From Candidatus Iainarchaeum sp. (lineage in GTDB: Archaea > B1Sed10-29 > WALL01), in contig JAGGYF010000021.1 in NCBI GenBank assembly GCA_021162685.1, forward strand, positions 1 through 64,000: DNA of 64,000 bases. The letters are read 5' to 3'. Shown here one piece after another: positions 8,451 to 19,180 of the stretch. A model generated the notes under the pieces. It was not told the origin of the DNA, did not search any database, and was given only the letters and a program-made list of their open reading frames with translations. Numbering within the stretch: position 1 is the stretch's first letter; each line of letters begins with the position of its first letter. A program made the position numbers and the translations under genes.

Positions 8451-10286
8451 ATGGTTAAGTCACGCGTACTGCTCTTTTTCCTGGCATTGGTGGTGTTGCT
8501 CCCAGTGGCCTTGTCCCTGGATTATACGATTTCAAAGATGGATTTTGTTTTGAATGATGATGGCTCTTTTACTGTTGGTGGGGATCTGATTGTCCAAACA
8601 CAAAATAAGACGCGTGTGTATCTTGTTGGCCTTCATGAGAACTTGGCAATAAGTAATGCAACATTGAATGGAAAAGAGGTACCAGTGTTCCTGGATACAA
8701 ATGGTTATTACCTCTATATAAATGAATCTGGTAGATTTACTCTGAACGGAAAACTGGATATCAAAGGAAAGACGCGCTTAAGAATACCTGGTCCTATCTC
8801 TACCCTTTATATGAAGACTCCTTATTATGAGGAGACATATCACTCAGTAGTTGACAAGGTCATCAATTTCTATACATACAAGCCTCCAACAAGGCCAAAA
8901 TATGTGTTCAATATAATTCTTGAAAAGGATAGAAAATCCTTTTATTATATGATTTATCTGGAAGATTATCAGACAATTACTCTTCCATTGCTCAATGGGG
9001 AGCAGGTTACTGATGTATCAGGAGCCAAGTATGAGTTAAAAGGCAATACGTTGGTGTTGTATCCTCGGGTCGCTCAGATAACTGTTAAGGGTCAGCTAAA
9101 TGAGCTGGATATATACCGAAATCCAAAGCCAGGTTATGTGGTGATTCAATGGGAACCAGTATTGCAAGTAAATGTATCTACGGAGGCAAGCCTTGTGGAT
9201 GAATCTCAATTGCCTGGGAGGTATTCTGTTTTTGACACGCAGAAGGTATACTACTCTTCTAGGGACACATTCGCAATATCAAGCAAGAAGATGGATATGT
9301 TTCCGGGTCTAGTGTTTTCAGTGTCAAGTGAGGCGATAACAGGGGCCATAACGGAGAACGGTTGGCTGGTTCACGACTCGCTGCTGGGATTTTCCAATAC
9401 TGGCCTTGACTATCTGCGGATAAGCATTGGCGACTGGACTCCTCTATACCTGGGCGTAAACGGGCCACGATACCTGACAAGAAGCGGAAAAGACATTTAT
9501 GTTTCAGTACCAAAAACGCGCCGTGGTAATCTTAAACTGATATCCCTGCAAAAGATGTCTTTGGGCGTTGTATCTGTGAAGCAGATATCCTTCCCAACAG
9601 TTTCGTATCCAATCTCGCAGGTGAATGTCAAGCTTTACTACCCGGATACATATGAAGCAATACCTCTAGATGCCAGGGCGTTACATTTTGATTGGCCAGT
9701 TGAGTTGTTCGTGATCCTTGTGTTATCTGGCCTTGCCTTGCTGTTCATAAAGAAGAAGTACAAGGCATTGCTAATTGGTGTCGCGATTTGGATACTCCTG
9801 CAGGTATCCCTTGTGTTTGTTTTGTTGTACCTGGGTGTGATAGCATACCTTGGTTATAAGAAGGTTGAAAAGAAATACATAAAATGGATTGCTATAGGTA
9901 TTGTCGGGCTATCAGTAGTTGCTTTGCTTCTTGGTGGGATAATGTTTGTTATGTCAAGCATGTCTGGTTTCCATGCGCCTGGTCACGAAAGGGTAAAAGC
10001 TGCTCCTGCTCCCACGGTTTCTCATGAGGTTGGATTGGCATCTGTTGAAGTAACGGATAGGGCGGGCTATGTGACTGAAAGAGAAGTGCTTCCAGTTGAA
10101 TTGGCATTGCCACGTTATTCCAAGTCTATAAGGTGGAAATATGCTCTGCTAAACAGGGATGAGGCCCCAGGCATGTCTATACTATTTGTGCATTCCTGGG
10201 TATGGAAGCTGGCTCTGTTCATTCTTGGGTGTGCGATTCTGGTTTTAGCTAAGAGGGAGATAAAGGGCCGTAAGTGGTTGCGTTAG
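8451..10286 (+). CDS. large secreted/membrane protein of unknown function
   Basis: Signal peptide, beta-rich ectodomain, several C-terminal TM helices; 611 aa. Confidence 0.8.
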   Translation: MVKSRVLLFFLALVVLLPVALSLDYTISKMDFVLNDDGSFTVGGDLIVQTQNKTRVYLVGLHENLAISNATLNGKEVPVFLDTNGYYLYINESGRFTLNGKLDIKGKTRLRIPGPISTLYMKTPYYEETYHSVVDKVINFYTYKPPTRPKYVFNIILEKDRKSFYYMIYLEDYQTITLPLLNGEQVTDVSGAKYELKGNTLVLYPRVAQITVKGQLNELDIYRNPKPGYVVIQWEPVLQVNVSTEASLVDESQLPGRYSVFDTQKVYYSSRDTFAISSKKMDMFPGLVFSVSSEAITGAITENGWLVHDSLLGFSNTGLDYLRISIGDWTPLYLGVNGPRYLTRSGKDIYVSVPKTRRGNLKLISLQKMSLGVVSVKQISFPTVSYPISQVNVKLYYPDTYEAIPLDARALHFDWPVELFVILVLSGLALLFIKKKYKALLIGVAIWILLQVSLVFVLLYLGVIAYLGYKKVEKKYIKWIAIGIVGLSVVALLLGGIMFVMSSMSGFHAPGHERVKAAPAPTVSHEVGLASVEVTDRAGYVTEREVLPVELALPRYSKSIRWKYALLNRDEAPGMSILFVHSWVWKLALFILGCAILVLAKREIKGRKWLR

Positions 10287-10306
10287 TATAGTGGAGAGGG
10301 AGTAGG

Positions 10307-11239
10307 TTAGAGTTCGTATTGCTCTTTGACTTGTGCCCATTCTGCGATTGAACGGATGGTATCAAAGTCCTTTTTCTTTATTGCCTCTTTTATGTCTTGA
10401 AGTGCTTGGTAGGAGAGGGGTGTGACCTCCTTGTAGAGTTCTATTGTTTCTTTTCTGAACTGTTTGTCTTTGAGGAAATCTATTATGGGGTTTACGTGGC
10501 TGGCTCCTACGACGATATGTAGTTCGTCTTTCCCTGAGTGGTTGGCAAAAAGGTCTATCATTTCTGCCATGTAGGCGTTTCTGAGATTTAGTAGGAAGGA
10601 GGGGTGCGGTTCTCTTAATATAGCTAGTGGTGTGGGGCTAGGGGTGGATCTGTTCTGTAGAGCAGAGAGCAGTGAGAGTACCTTTCTGAAACTTGTGTTG
10701 AGGAAGAAAAGTTCTTTTGTGAATCCACTTTTGAATGGGTCGCGGAGAAGGAATGGCTTTGTTACCTTTTTGAGGAGAGATGAAGGGTAAGTATGGATGT
10801 ATACAATTGGCATAGTGGGGAGGATGTCCTTTGTTAGTTCGGATAGTTTGTCTCTATCATCGTGTTTTACTGCTCTCTTCCACTCTTCCTTCTTTTCTTT
10901 GTTTAATTTTTTTACGGCTTGTCTGAGCTTGAGGAACCAGTATTTGGCATCATGCCAGATGATGTTTGCAAGTTTGTCTTTTTTGTCCGCCTTCATGAAA
11001 GCACTCTCAAGTCTGTCCCACTCCTTTTTGTCATACATTTCTATGTCATATCTCTCAGAATCAGAAGGGAGAAGGTAATCCAAAAAGCGTTCGTGTAGAA
11101 CAAGTTTTCCGCGGGTGTTCTTTTCAATCTCTTTTATGCCTGGGACCCTTTCTTTTTTGGGCAGATGTAAGATGCCGTACATTTTGATTTTGACGTTTCC
11201 TAGGTTTGTTTCCTTGTAGTAGAAGGGTTTTTTGGGCAT
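10307..11239 (-). CDS. TraB/PrgY/GumN (Tiki)-like protein
   Basis: YGILH, LVLHE, RNAYMA and HIVVGASH motifs; probable start MPKKPF at 11239. Confidence 0.55.
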   Translation of the reverse strand: MPKKPFYYKETNLGNVKIKMYGILHLPKKERVPGIKEIEKNTRGKLVLHERFLDYLLPSDSERYDIEMYDKKEWDRLESAFMKADKKDKLANIIWHDAKYWFLKLRQAVKKLNKEKKEEWKRAVKHDDRDKLSELTKDILPTMPIVYIHTYPSSLLKKVTKPFLLRDPFKSGFTKELFFLNTSFRKVLSLLSALQNRSTPSPTPLAILREPHPSFLLNLRNAYMAEMIDLFANHSGKDELHIVVGASHVNPIIDFLKDKQFRKETIELYKEVTPLSYQALQDIKEAIKKKDFDTIRSIAEWAQVKEQYEL

Positions 11240-11288
11240 ATGGAGATAAGGGAGAACGTATTTAAATGCGTTTTGCAAAATATATGTG

Positions 11289-12819
11289 ATGCCAAAGAAA
11301 AAGAGAGTGTTAATTGTATCGCATACCAGGGCCGATGTCATTTGAGAGAAAGGTGGCAAATCCTCCACTGGGAGCAATGATGATTGCTGATGCAGTAGGG
11401 GGAGAGGTCTATCCGATTAATGCATCAGTTGAGAAGATCCCTGAATTTGTTAAAAGGAGAAGGAAGCCGTATCATGTTGTGGGATTTACTACGTGGCCAG
11501 TGCACTATTTGTACGAAGAAGCAGAGACTATACGGAATCTTGTTGAGGTTATAAAGAGAATAAGAAAAGAGAGGCCAGAGACACTGATTGTTTTGGGTGG
11601 TCACGGAGTACATAATTTTACAGAGCAGTTTATGAAGAATACGCATGCGCATGTTGGTGTTCTGGGTGTGCATGGAGAAGCAGTAGGTGCTATGAAGGAA
11701 TTGGTTGAGAAACTGCCGGAAAACGCTGTGAGAGATGGAGAGTTGACTGAAGAGGCATTTAATGCGCTTAAAGAAGTGAAGGGACTTGTAATAAAGTATA
11801 AGGGAAAACTTTATCACACAGGAGAAAGAGAAGTTCCTCATAGTTTGCCAGCTGTTTCTTACAGAGCAGACAGGGGAGGAGGACAAAAGGTAGCAAAGGA
11901 TAGTGGTCGCGGGAGGGTTGGAGTGGTTGCTGTTTTTCCTGAGAGAGCCCTATGTGAAAAATCTTTGTCGCTCCCGTGTTTGTATTGTGACATGGGGGTG
12001 AAACTGCAGAAGTTCAAGGAGGATAAAGAACTGATGAGGTCAATAACTAAGCCAGATGTGGATAAAACTGTTGCAGAGATTGTAAGAGGAGTTGCTACGT
12101 TTAGGAGGAAAAGGGTACCCGTTTCGTTGTACCATATCTCTTTTCAGTCAGATGCACTCCGCCCTGATTTTGTGTTGGAGGTTATGAAACGGCTTGAGGG
12201 GAAGGGGTATGATCTGAAAAAGTTTGAGTTTGGATGGTTTATGAGGCCAGACCAGCTCACAGATGAGAATATAAAAAAGATAAAAGAGATGAGGAAAAAG
12301 GCATCTATTTCGCTTGCTGTGGGATTGGAATTCGGTAATACTGAAGAGCTAAAAGATGTAAGATTTGCAAGAGGGAAGTATAGATATCCGAGAGATTTGA
12401 GGAAAAGGTTGAAGGATTTGGCAGAGAGTGGCGTATTTGTTAATGCATTCCATATCTTGACAACACCGTTAACAGATCTTGAGAAGTTGAAGAAGAATAT
12501 TGAGTTTGCAGAATGGTCCTGTGAGAATTTGGATCCGCCTATTGTAGTGCAGCCATTTATAGTTCCTGCTGGGTATATGCGTGAGTTAGGATTGCCAGAG
12601 ATGGAGACTGGGTTTGAGATTGATGGGAAGGAATGGATCTTTCCTAAGAGATTTCCATTCATAGCAGATGTAGAGGAACTGGAAAAGATGAGAGATTATC
12701 TGAAAGAGAAAATAAAGGAGTATGGTGGAAAAACGTTGCCTGTACTTCATGCAGCAGGGATATTGTTGAAGACCATTGATAGGGAGATAGAGTTGAAGAG
12801 AGCTAAGAGAAGTAGCTAA
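11289..12819 (+). CDS. B12-binding radical-SAM-like protein, apparently frameshifted near the N-terminus
   Basis: PPLG and IVLGGHG B12-domain motifs, CX7CX2C, VGLEFG. N-terminal MPKKKRVLIV (ATG 11289) is in a different frame from the main ORF 11314-12819. Confidence 0.7.
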
Positions 12820-13067
12820 TACCTGCGCGGGAGTTCCCTTCTGATCAGGTAGCGCTTTTTTGTTCCGGGTTCTGTGTAAGCAAGTTCTTTTGATGGGATG
12901 TCTAGGGCGCTTGGCGTGAATCTGTTTTTACTTGGGTCTTTTTCGAGAGTGTGGGGAGTAGGTACAAGATAGATGATATGGTCCTTTTTTCTGCCTTTGA
13001 TTTAGGGGAGTTATTATCTACAGATGTTACAGAAAAGCATAATAATACAAAAGGGCATAAATGAGAC

Positions 13068-13529
13068 ATGCCTGTTTGTGAGATTTGTGGAAAGGAAACT
13101 AGACATGCAAAAATTGTGTTTATTGAGGGGAGCAAGTTAACTGTTTGTGAGAGATGTGCTGGGCATGGGAATGTGATAAGCGACTACGGAAGAGAGAGAA
13201 AGGTTTATGTGAAAAGGCCGAGGTACAGAAAAGAGGAGAAAACATTTGATGTTGTTGCTGATTATGATAAGATTGTGAGGAGGGAGAGGGAGAAAAGGAA
13301 GTGGAAGCAGGAGGAATTAGCAAAGAAGGTAAATGAGCCAGCATCGTTGATAGAGAGGATAGAGGCTGGGAAGACTATTCCTTCTGAGAAGGTTGCTAGG
13401 AAACTAGAAAAGGTTTTAGGAGTAACGTTATTAGAAGAAGTTCAGAATACAGTTGTTGAAATGCCTGAGGAAAAAACGGAGGCAGTTACGTTAGGGGATA
13501 TTGTGAAGATAAGAAAGAGAAAAAGTTAA
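13068..13529 (+). CDS. mbf1: archaeal multiprotein bridging factor aMBF1
   Basis: CEICG..VCERC zinc ribbon, Cro-type HTH, C-terminal TLGD motif. Confidence 0.92.
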   Translation: MPVCEICGKETRHAKIVFIEGSKLTVCERCAGHGNVISDYGRERKVYVKRPRYRKEEKTFDVVADYDKIVRREREKRKWKQEELAKKVNEPASLIERIEAGKTIPSEKVARKLEKVLGVTLLEEVQNTVVEMPEEKTEAVTLGDIVKIRKRKS

Positions 13530-13885
13530 GGGAAGACAACTGTTACATACTCTACGTTCTCCCCATATATTGTTATCTGGCCTGAAACATTTCCAAGGGC
13601 ACATGTAGTTGATTCCCCTGGTTCTAGTTGAGGTACAGAGCAGGAGAGCGATTCGTTTTCTGCTACGTAAAGTGTTGTTGCATCAAGGGTTTTTGTGTCT
13701 ACATTTGTTATGGATATGTTTCCAGTGGTTGTATTCAGGATTGAGACATCTATTTGGACTTTCTCTGGCTCTTCCTGGGGCGGTTGAATGCTTTGGCCAG
13801 CTGCCCAGAAGTAGAGGGAAACACCAATGATTACTGCGATTGCGATGAGAAAAACTGCTGAAACAGTTTCGCTGATGCCTCTCAT
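13526..13885 (-). CDS. type IV pilin-like protein
   Basis: Class III signal peptide MRG/ISETVSAVFLIAIAV. Confidence 0.75.
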   Translation of the reverse strand: MRGISETVSAVFLIAIAVIIGVSLYFWAAGQSIQPPQEEPEKVQIDVSILNTTTGNISITNVDTKTLDATTLYVAENESLSCSVPQLEPGESTTCALGNVSGQITIYGENVEYVTVVFP

Positions 13886-15039
13886 TTTTTCACCAAGTAG
13901 TAGATGGTTTGTATTGAAACAGAGATAAGTAGGTAGAAGGATTTGAAAAGTGCGTTGATGAATAGGGAAAGATCAAAGTGCATTATGTTGAGTATGTAGT
14001 TGAGGAACAGAGATGCAAAGGAAATGGTGATTCCTACAAAGAAGATGAGGACGTACAGGGAGAGGACGGAAGGCCAGTGTTTCTTCGTGAATAGAATGCT
14101 TCCTTTTATTGCCTCCTTAACGCCTTTCTTTTTTGGAAGTAACGCTGCCTGGGCGACGAAACTTATGAGGAAGAGGTATATGATTGAGAGGGTTATGGTA
14201 AAGATGGATAGAAGTGAGGTTGCGATGTTTAGGTATTGAGGAAAGTAGATGACCCATATACTTGAAAAGAAGAATAGGATTGCGGCTGGGATGGATGCTG
14301 CGAGTATAGAGAGGAATACTGGCTTAACGTGTTTGATGCTTTTCATGAGCTCTTCCTTCTGTTTTATGTTTCGTATGACAAAGGTAAGAGAGATGGAAAG
14401 GAAGATGAGGGAGAAAATAATTAGGAGTAAGCTGTATAATGGACTTGTTGTATCTATGTATTCTGCTGTGAGTATTGGGATGAGTGTAAAGAGGAAAACT
14501 GGGAGATATAGTCGTAGTGAGAGGTTTTGTTTTGATTTTGAGAATGCTTTAAGGATTTCAGACTTCCCTGTTCCGAGGATAAATGTACATATGGCTCCGC
14601 CTAGTGCGCCTGCGTATCCAAGAGATCCTGTGAGGATTACAAAGAGGAAGAAGAGCTCCTGGATAATCTGATAGGACTGAGCAGTGTTTGAGAAGAGGAC
14701 TGTGAGGAATTGCGTTGAGAGCGACATAAGGAGTACCAAAATAAATACAAGGATGAGTGATGCAGTTATGCCAGAGAAGAGTCCAGAAAGCGTGCCGCGT
14801 TCAAGGCGGGATTTCAATTGCTTTGTTGCGAAATAGGAGGAGATGAACCCACCTATAAGTGAAGAACCGATGCCGCCTACAAGGTATAAAAAGAGTAGCA
14901 TGCCAGCGAGTTCTTCCTGTGTGAATGTTGTTTCAGAGAGGAGGGGTTGCATAAAGAGCATTGAGAGGCCAAATAGGGCTGCTGTTATAATACCTCCTAC
15001 AATTGCTGGTGGGATGAGTTCCCTGAGTTTTACTGCCAT
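13882..15039 (-). CDS. multi-pass membrane protein
   Basis: About 10 hydrophobic helices; overlaps the pilin start (ATGA). Confidence 0.75.
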   Translation of the reverse strand: MAVKLRELIPPAIVGGIITAALFGLSMLFMQPLLSETTFTQEELAGMLLFLYLVGGIGSSLIGGFISSYFATKQLKSRLERGTLSGLFSGITASLILVFILVLLMSLSTQFLTVLFSNTAQSYQIIQELFFLFVILTGSLGYAGALGGAICTFILGTGKSEILKAFSKSKQNLSLRLYLPVFLFTLIPILTAEYIDTTSPLYSLLLIIFSLIFLSISLTFVIRNIKQKEELMKSIKHVKPVFLSILAASIPAAILFFFSSIWVIYFPQYLNIATSLLSIFTITLSIIYLFLISFVAQAALLPKKKGVKEAIKGSILFTKKHWPSVLSLYVLIFFVGITISFASLFLNYILNIMHFDLSLFINALFKSFYLLISVSIQTIYYLVKK

Positions 15040-15078
15040 ACGATCACATATGGAATAAGGGAAAGAGGATATAAAAAC

Positions 15079-15808
15079 TTATGCGAAACGCTCCTCACGG
15101 ATCTTTCGCCTTTTCTTTATAATGTCCTTGTAGTAGTCTTTGCCCTTTTGGGTGAGATGGACATTTTTCTCTATCCTGATAAGGTTCTCTTTTTCAAGGT
15201 TAGAAAGAACATTGCTCCAGAGCTGTATCTGTTTTTGTTTTATTGGTTCGTATGCCTGCATTAGATTGTAGTATTATCCTCATTTGTTGCAATGTGTTCA
15301 GAAGTGAAAAGAATGTTCTTCATGATCTTGTTTATGTGCTTTGCGTCTTCTGGATGGAAAAGATGGGGAGAGGCACAGGAAGTATGTCAATATGGATCTT
15401 TCCTTTTTCAAACTCCTTCACCAGATCCTTATTCCTATTTGCTATGTTGTGCTCCTTCATTAGTTTACTGTAAAGACGGTTCCATTGCCTTGCATGCTTT
15501 CCACATTGTGTTTCAAAGTCGCGGTATACTCTCAAAAGGAAATTTCCATCTATTGTTTGAGGATGGTCATCTGAGGAGTATACAAGGAGTAGGTCTATAT
15601 CTGGTAATATTCCGCTTTTCTCTGGGGGTGGTGAATGCTCTATCCTATGGATAACGTCATAGTCACCATAAAAGGGATAGCCCAATCCGAATACGCCAAT
15701 CACAAAAGGAAGTTCTGAGAAAAGTTTCCCAATAGTCTTTGCTTGTTCAAGTGCTTTTTTGTATGGCCGTGACCTGTAATACTCCTTTACCTTTTCCTTC
15801 AAATCCAT
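15079..15808 (-). pseudogene. Pol-beta-type nucleotidyltransferase-like gene, interrupted
   Basis: GxG..PDIDLL and HIDILP motifs in ORF 15332-15808. Protein-like reading continues in another frame to 15261, then a wHTH-like tail at 15079-15261. Confidence 0.5.
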
Positions 15809-15858
15809 ATATGTATTTTCTCAAAAGTTATTTAAATGTTGATGTGATAACTGTTAGC

Positions 15859-17193
15859 ATGATTACTACCACACTCGTAGAATTGCTTTTCTGGGCATTG
15901 GTTCAAGGTGTAATAGTAGGAGTGATTATAAAGAAAGTATATAAAAGGGTGGAGCTTGCAGGTCCTTTACTGCTTTTCAAATCAAAAAAAGGATTGAGAT
16001 GGATTGAACGGCAGAGCAAGCGTTTTAAGAGGTTTTGGCCAGTATATGGAAGTTTTGGCATTATATTGGCATTTGGTTTTGCTGGTGCAATGTATGTCTT
16101 CAGAAAGAAAGTGCTGTGGAAGAGAATTGTTTTAAGTTCATTGGCAAGTTTGTTTTTGGTCGCGCCATACATCTCAAGTATTATTTTATTTGGTGCAAAA
16201 GAGGTAATCCATTTAGATTCAACCCTCTTCCTCATGCTACTAAACTTTGCTTTTGGTTTCTCTATCTCAACGTTTTATCTGTTGCTCTCCCAGGCAGTTA
16301 CAATAGTACATAACTATATAGTGCAAGCACCAGTAGTTGCAATGGTGGGGCCCGCTCTTCCTGGCATAAATGTACAGGGGAGCCCGATACAGGGTATTCC
16401 CTGGTATGGATGGTTTGCATTTCCTATTCTGATTGTAGTCCATGAGTTCTCCCATGGAATCCTAGCAAGGTTTCACAAGTTTAGGGTAAAGGCTACAGGT
16501 TTAGTTATGCTTGGTTTACTCCCGCTTGGCGCATTTGTAGAACCAGATGAAAAACAACTAAGCAGAGGTGCTGTACAAAAGAGGCTGCACGTCTTCTCTG
16601 TGGGAAGCACTGCAAACTATCTAACTTCTGTAGTAGTTACCCTCCTCTTGTTCTCTGCCCTGTATGGCATGAATGCAACTGGAATCTACGAGGAATACGA
16701 AAAGTACCTGGACCATCCGATGGTTACAGTGGTTTCTCCAGACAGTGACGCAGTTGGAAAACTGGAGCCAGGAATGAAGATCCTCTCTGTAAATGGAAAT
16801 GAAACAAAAACAGTCCTTGATATAAACAAGGCCACAGAGTCAGTTGGGCCTGGAAACATAGCAGTTATTGAAACAGACAAAGGAACATTCAATATAACAT
16901 TGAACAAGGATGCGAAGATAGGGATAAGACTGGAACAGACGTATAAACCACTGCCTTTGCACCTAAGTGTTATACAAGGAATAATAAGCTTTTTGGGACT
17001 GGTTGCCTTTTTCAATCTCGTTGTTGGGATCATGAATCTCTTGCCTGCATACCCTCTTGACGGAGGATATATGCTGCAGGGGTTACTAGAGAACAAGGTA
17101 AAAAAGAAGACAGCCAGGAAATTTGTGAAATTTTTGAGTATATTTATACTAGCTTTGTTTATAGTGAACATCCTTCCGTTGATTTTTAGGTAG
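15859..17193 (+). CDS. site-2 protease (M50) with PDZ domain
   Basis: HEFSHG, GAFVEPD and NLLPAYPLDGG motifs; PDZ insert. Confidence 0.92.
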   Translation: MITTTLVELLFWALVQGVIVGVIIKKVYKRVELAGPLLLFKSKKGLRWIERQSKRFKRFWPVYGSFGIILAFGFAGAMYVFRKKVLWKRIVLSSLASLFLVAPYISSIILFGAKEVIHLDSTLFLMLLNFAFGFSISTFYLLLSQAVTIVHNYIVQAPVVAMVGPALPGINVQGSPIQGIPWYGWFAFPILIVVHEFSHGILARFHKFRVKATGLVMLGLLPLGAFVEPDEKQLSRGAVQKRLHVFSVGSTANYLTSVVVTLLLFSALYGMNATGIYEEYEKYLDHPMVTVVSPDSDAVGKLEPGMKILSVNGNETKTVLDINKATESVGPGNIAVIETDKGTFNITLNKDAKIGIRLEQTYKPLPLHLSVIQGIISFLGLVAFFNLVVGIMNLLPAYPLDGGYMLQGLLENKVKKKTARKFVKFLSIFILALFIVNILPLIFR

Positions 17194-17198
17194 CCCTC

Positions 17199-18494
17199 TC
17201 AAATTTGTGTGTTTATTAACCACTTCCATAGTGGAACAAATCTAACCTTCTTCCTATTAATAATTTCTTCTGATTCATAATCGTCTGTGATAACAAGGAG
17301 ATTTTTACATTTTAACTCTGTACTTGCCTTTAAGAGGCCCTTTATCTCCCTGCTTTCCACATCTTCCTTTGAAGATGCAGATGTTACTTGGATAAGTTGC
17401 TTGACTGTTCTGCCGAGTGTCACTACAAAATCAACTTCATGCTGCTTATAATCTCTCCAATAATACAGAGCAAGGTCACTATTCCAATAACTTCTTTTCC
17501 TCATAAGCTCAACTGCAACAATGTTCTCCATCAGTCTCCCCCTATTTTTGGAAAATCTGAAACCGAGGGCGTTGAAAAATCCAGAATCAATGCAGTACAC
17601 CTTCTTTACACTCAATAGCTGTTGCTTAAGAGAATAACTAAACTTCGGAACAAAAAAGAAAAGTCTTGCAGTATTAAAGTAGCGTGAAAATCGCTCAACA
17701 GAATCTAGCGAAAGATTAACAACATGCTTCAACTTGTTGTATGATTGCATTGTTGATATATGCGAAAGGTAGAGATGGGCAAGATTTTCTGCTTTTGCTA
17801 TTTCTTTTATCTCAAAACGTTTTACAATATCTTTTATGATAATATCATTAAAATACTCACGAAGAAGTGTTGTCTTTTCTCTTTTATCTTTTAGCAAGAA
17901 AACTTTCGGAAAGCCACCAAACATTATATACTTTTCTAATGTCCTGAGGAGTTTTATTCTCTTAGTGTATACATCAATTGCAGTGGGGTCTATCCCGTTC
18001 CACATCAACGCTTCTCTGAAACTCAAAGGGAACAACTCAAAGTCTTTATGTCTTCCAGTAAGAACTGTTGCATACTCCTCACTCATGAGTTTTGAAGAAG
18101 AACCTGTCACGACTACATCAATGTTTTTTGCGTCAAGATATAGGCGTGCTGTTTTTTCCCAACCATCAATATTTTGTACCTCATCCAAAACAAGAAGTCG
18201 GGGGAGCCCTTCATTTATATGTTTTTGATATATCTCTACAATCTTTATAATGTCTTCTGATGTGCATTGCTTAAGCCTTGGGTCCTCAAAATTTATTATC
18301 AATGATTGTTTTTTTGGGAATGCAGAAGCTAACATGTATGCTAATGTACTTTTACCAGACCGCCTTATGCCCTTTATAACAAGTATTGTGCCTTTCGTTG
18401 GCTTTGGGACACTCTCCCTTTTCTTTGCCTTCTGTTCAAAATTACCCCATAGATTCCAATCAACAAGTGCCTCTAGTATCGTTGACTCGTTCAT
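17199..18494 (-). CDS. AAA_14 + DUF4143 ATPase
   Basis: GIRRSGKS, LDEVQ, TGSS, GGFP, KVYCID, EVDF motifs. Confidence 0.9.
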   Translation of the reverse strand: MNESTILEALVDWNLWGNFEQKAKKRESVPKPTKGTILVIKGIRRSGKSTLAYMLASAFPKKQSLIINFEDPRLKQCTSEDIIKIVEIYQKHINEGLPRLLVLDEVQNIDGWEKTARLYLDAKNIDVVVTGSSSKLMSEEYATVLTGRHKDFELFPLSFREALMWNGIDPTAIDVYTKRIKLLRTLEKYIMFGGFPKVFLLKDKREKTTLLREYFNDIIIKDIVKRFEIKEIAKAENLAHLYLSHISTMQSYNKLKHVVNLSLDSVERFSRYFNTARLFFFVPKFSYSLKQQLLSVKKVYCIDSGFFNALGFRFSKNRGRLMENIVAVELMRKRSYWNSDLALYYWRDYKQHEVDFVVTLGRTVKQLIQVTSASSKEDVESREIKGLLKASTELKCKNLLVITDDYESEEIINRKKVRFVPLWKWLINTQI

Positions 18495-18583
18495 AGCATT
18501 GTTTATGTGGGAGGATATTTATAAGTCTATCGGTAAGTTTTTGTAAAAAGCTACCGATGTCGTATATAATATCGCTACTCACC

Positions 18584-18952
18584 CTACGAACCGGACCTCT
18601 CAAATGCCTCCCAGCCAATAAACAGAACAACTGCTGATACAAAGAATGCAGGGATAACCAGGGACATGCCTATATTCTTGATCACCATTATTACCACTAT
18701 CAACAGCCCGCCAATGCCAGGCACAATATTCAGAAACCTATCAAATGGCTTCCATGTCTTGCACTTCTCTTTGCATCCATTGTATCCTATCTTAAACCCA
18801 ACACTCCCCAGAATAATTGAGCCTATGGCTGTTATTAGTGGTGTGTAGTATTCAAAAGGAATGCCAAAGTAGTTGAAGGAATATGCTATTGAGATCCCTA
18901 TGCCTGCAAGGATGAACGCATACATGATGCCAAACATAACAGCCTTGTGCAT
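18584..18952 (-). CDS. small 4-TM membrane protein
   Basis: 122-aa hydrophobic ORF. Confidence 0.65.
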   Translation of the reverse strand: MHKAVMFGIMYAFILAGIGISIAYSFNYFGIPFEYYTPLITAIGSIILGSVGFKIGYNGCKEKCKTWKPFDRFLNIVPGIGGLLIVVIMVIKNIGMSLVIPAFFVSAVVLFIGWEAFERSGS

Positions 18953-19180
18953 CTATATCACAATCTTTGTCGGTGCTTTCAGCACAATTTTCCTTGGTTT
19001 CTGCACAGGCCCTGGTGTTGAGTATGTAGCTACTGTGCTCTCATTTAAACACCCGATACCTTTTTGGTAGCCAACATCTGCAAATGCAAGGAATGAAATT
19101 ATGGAACATATAAGAAAAGCTGCGGGAATTGATACAAAGCCGGCACTATGAAATAAAAAGATAAAACCCAAAAATAGGTC

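Noticed and set aside
12816-13002. Protein-like minus-strand frame (IKGRKKDHIIYLVP..RRY*) between the radical SAM gene and mbf1
   Set aside because: Preceded directly by a stop with no start codon; cannot be distinguished from a pseudogene fragment or chance
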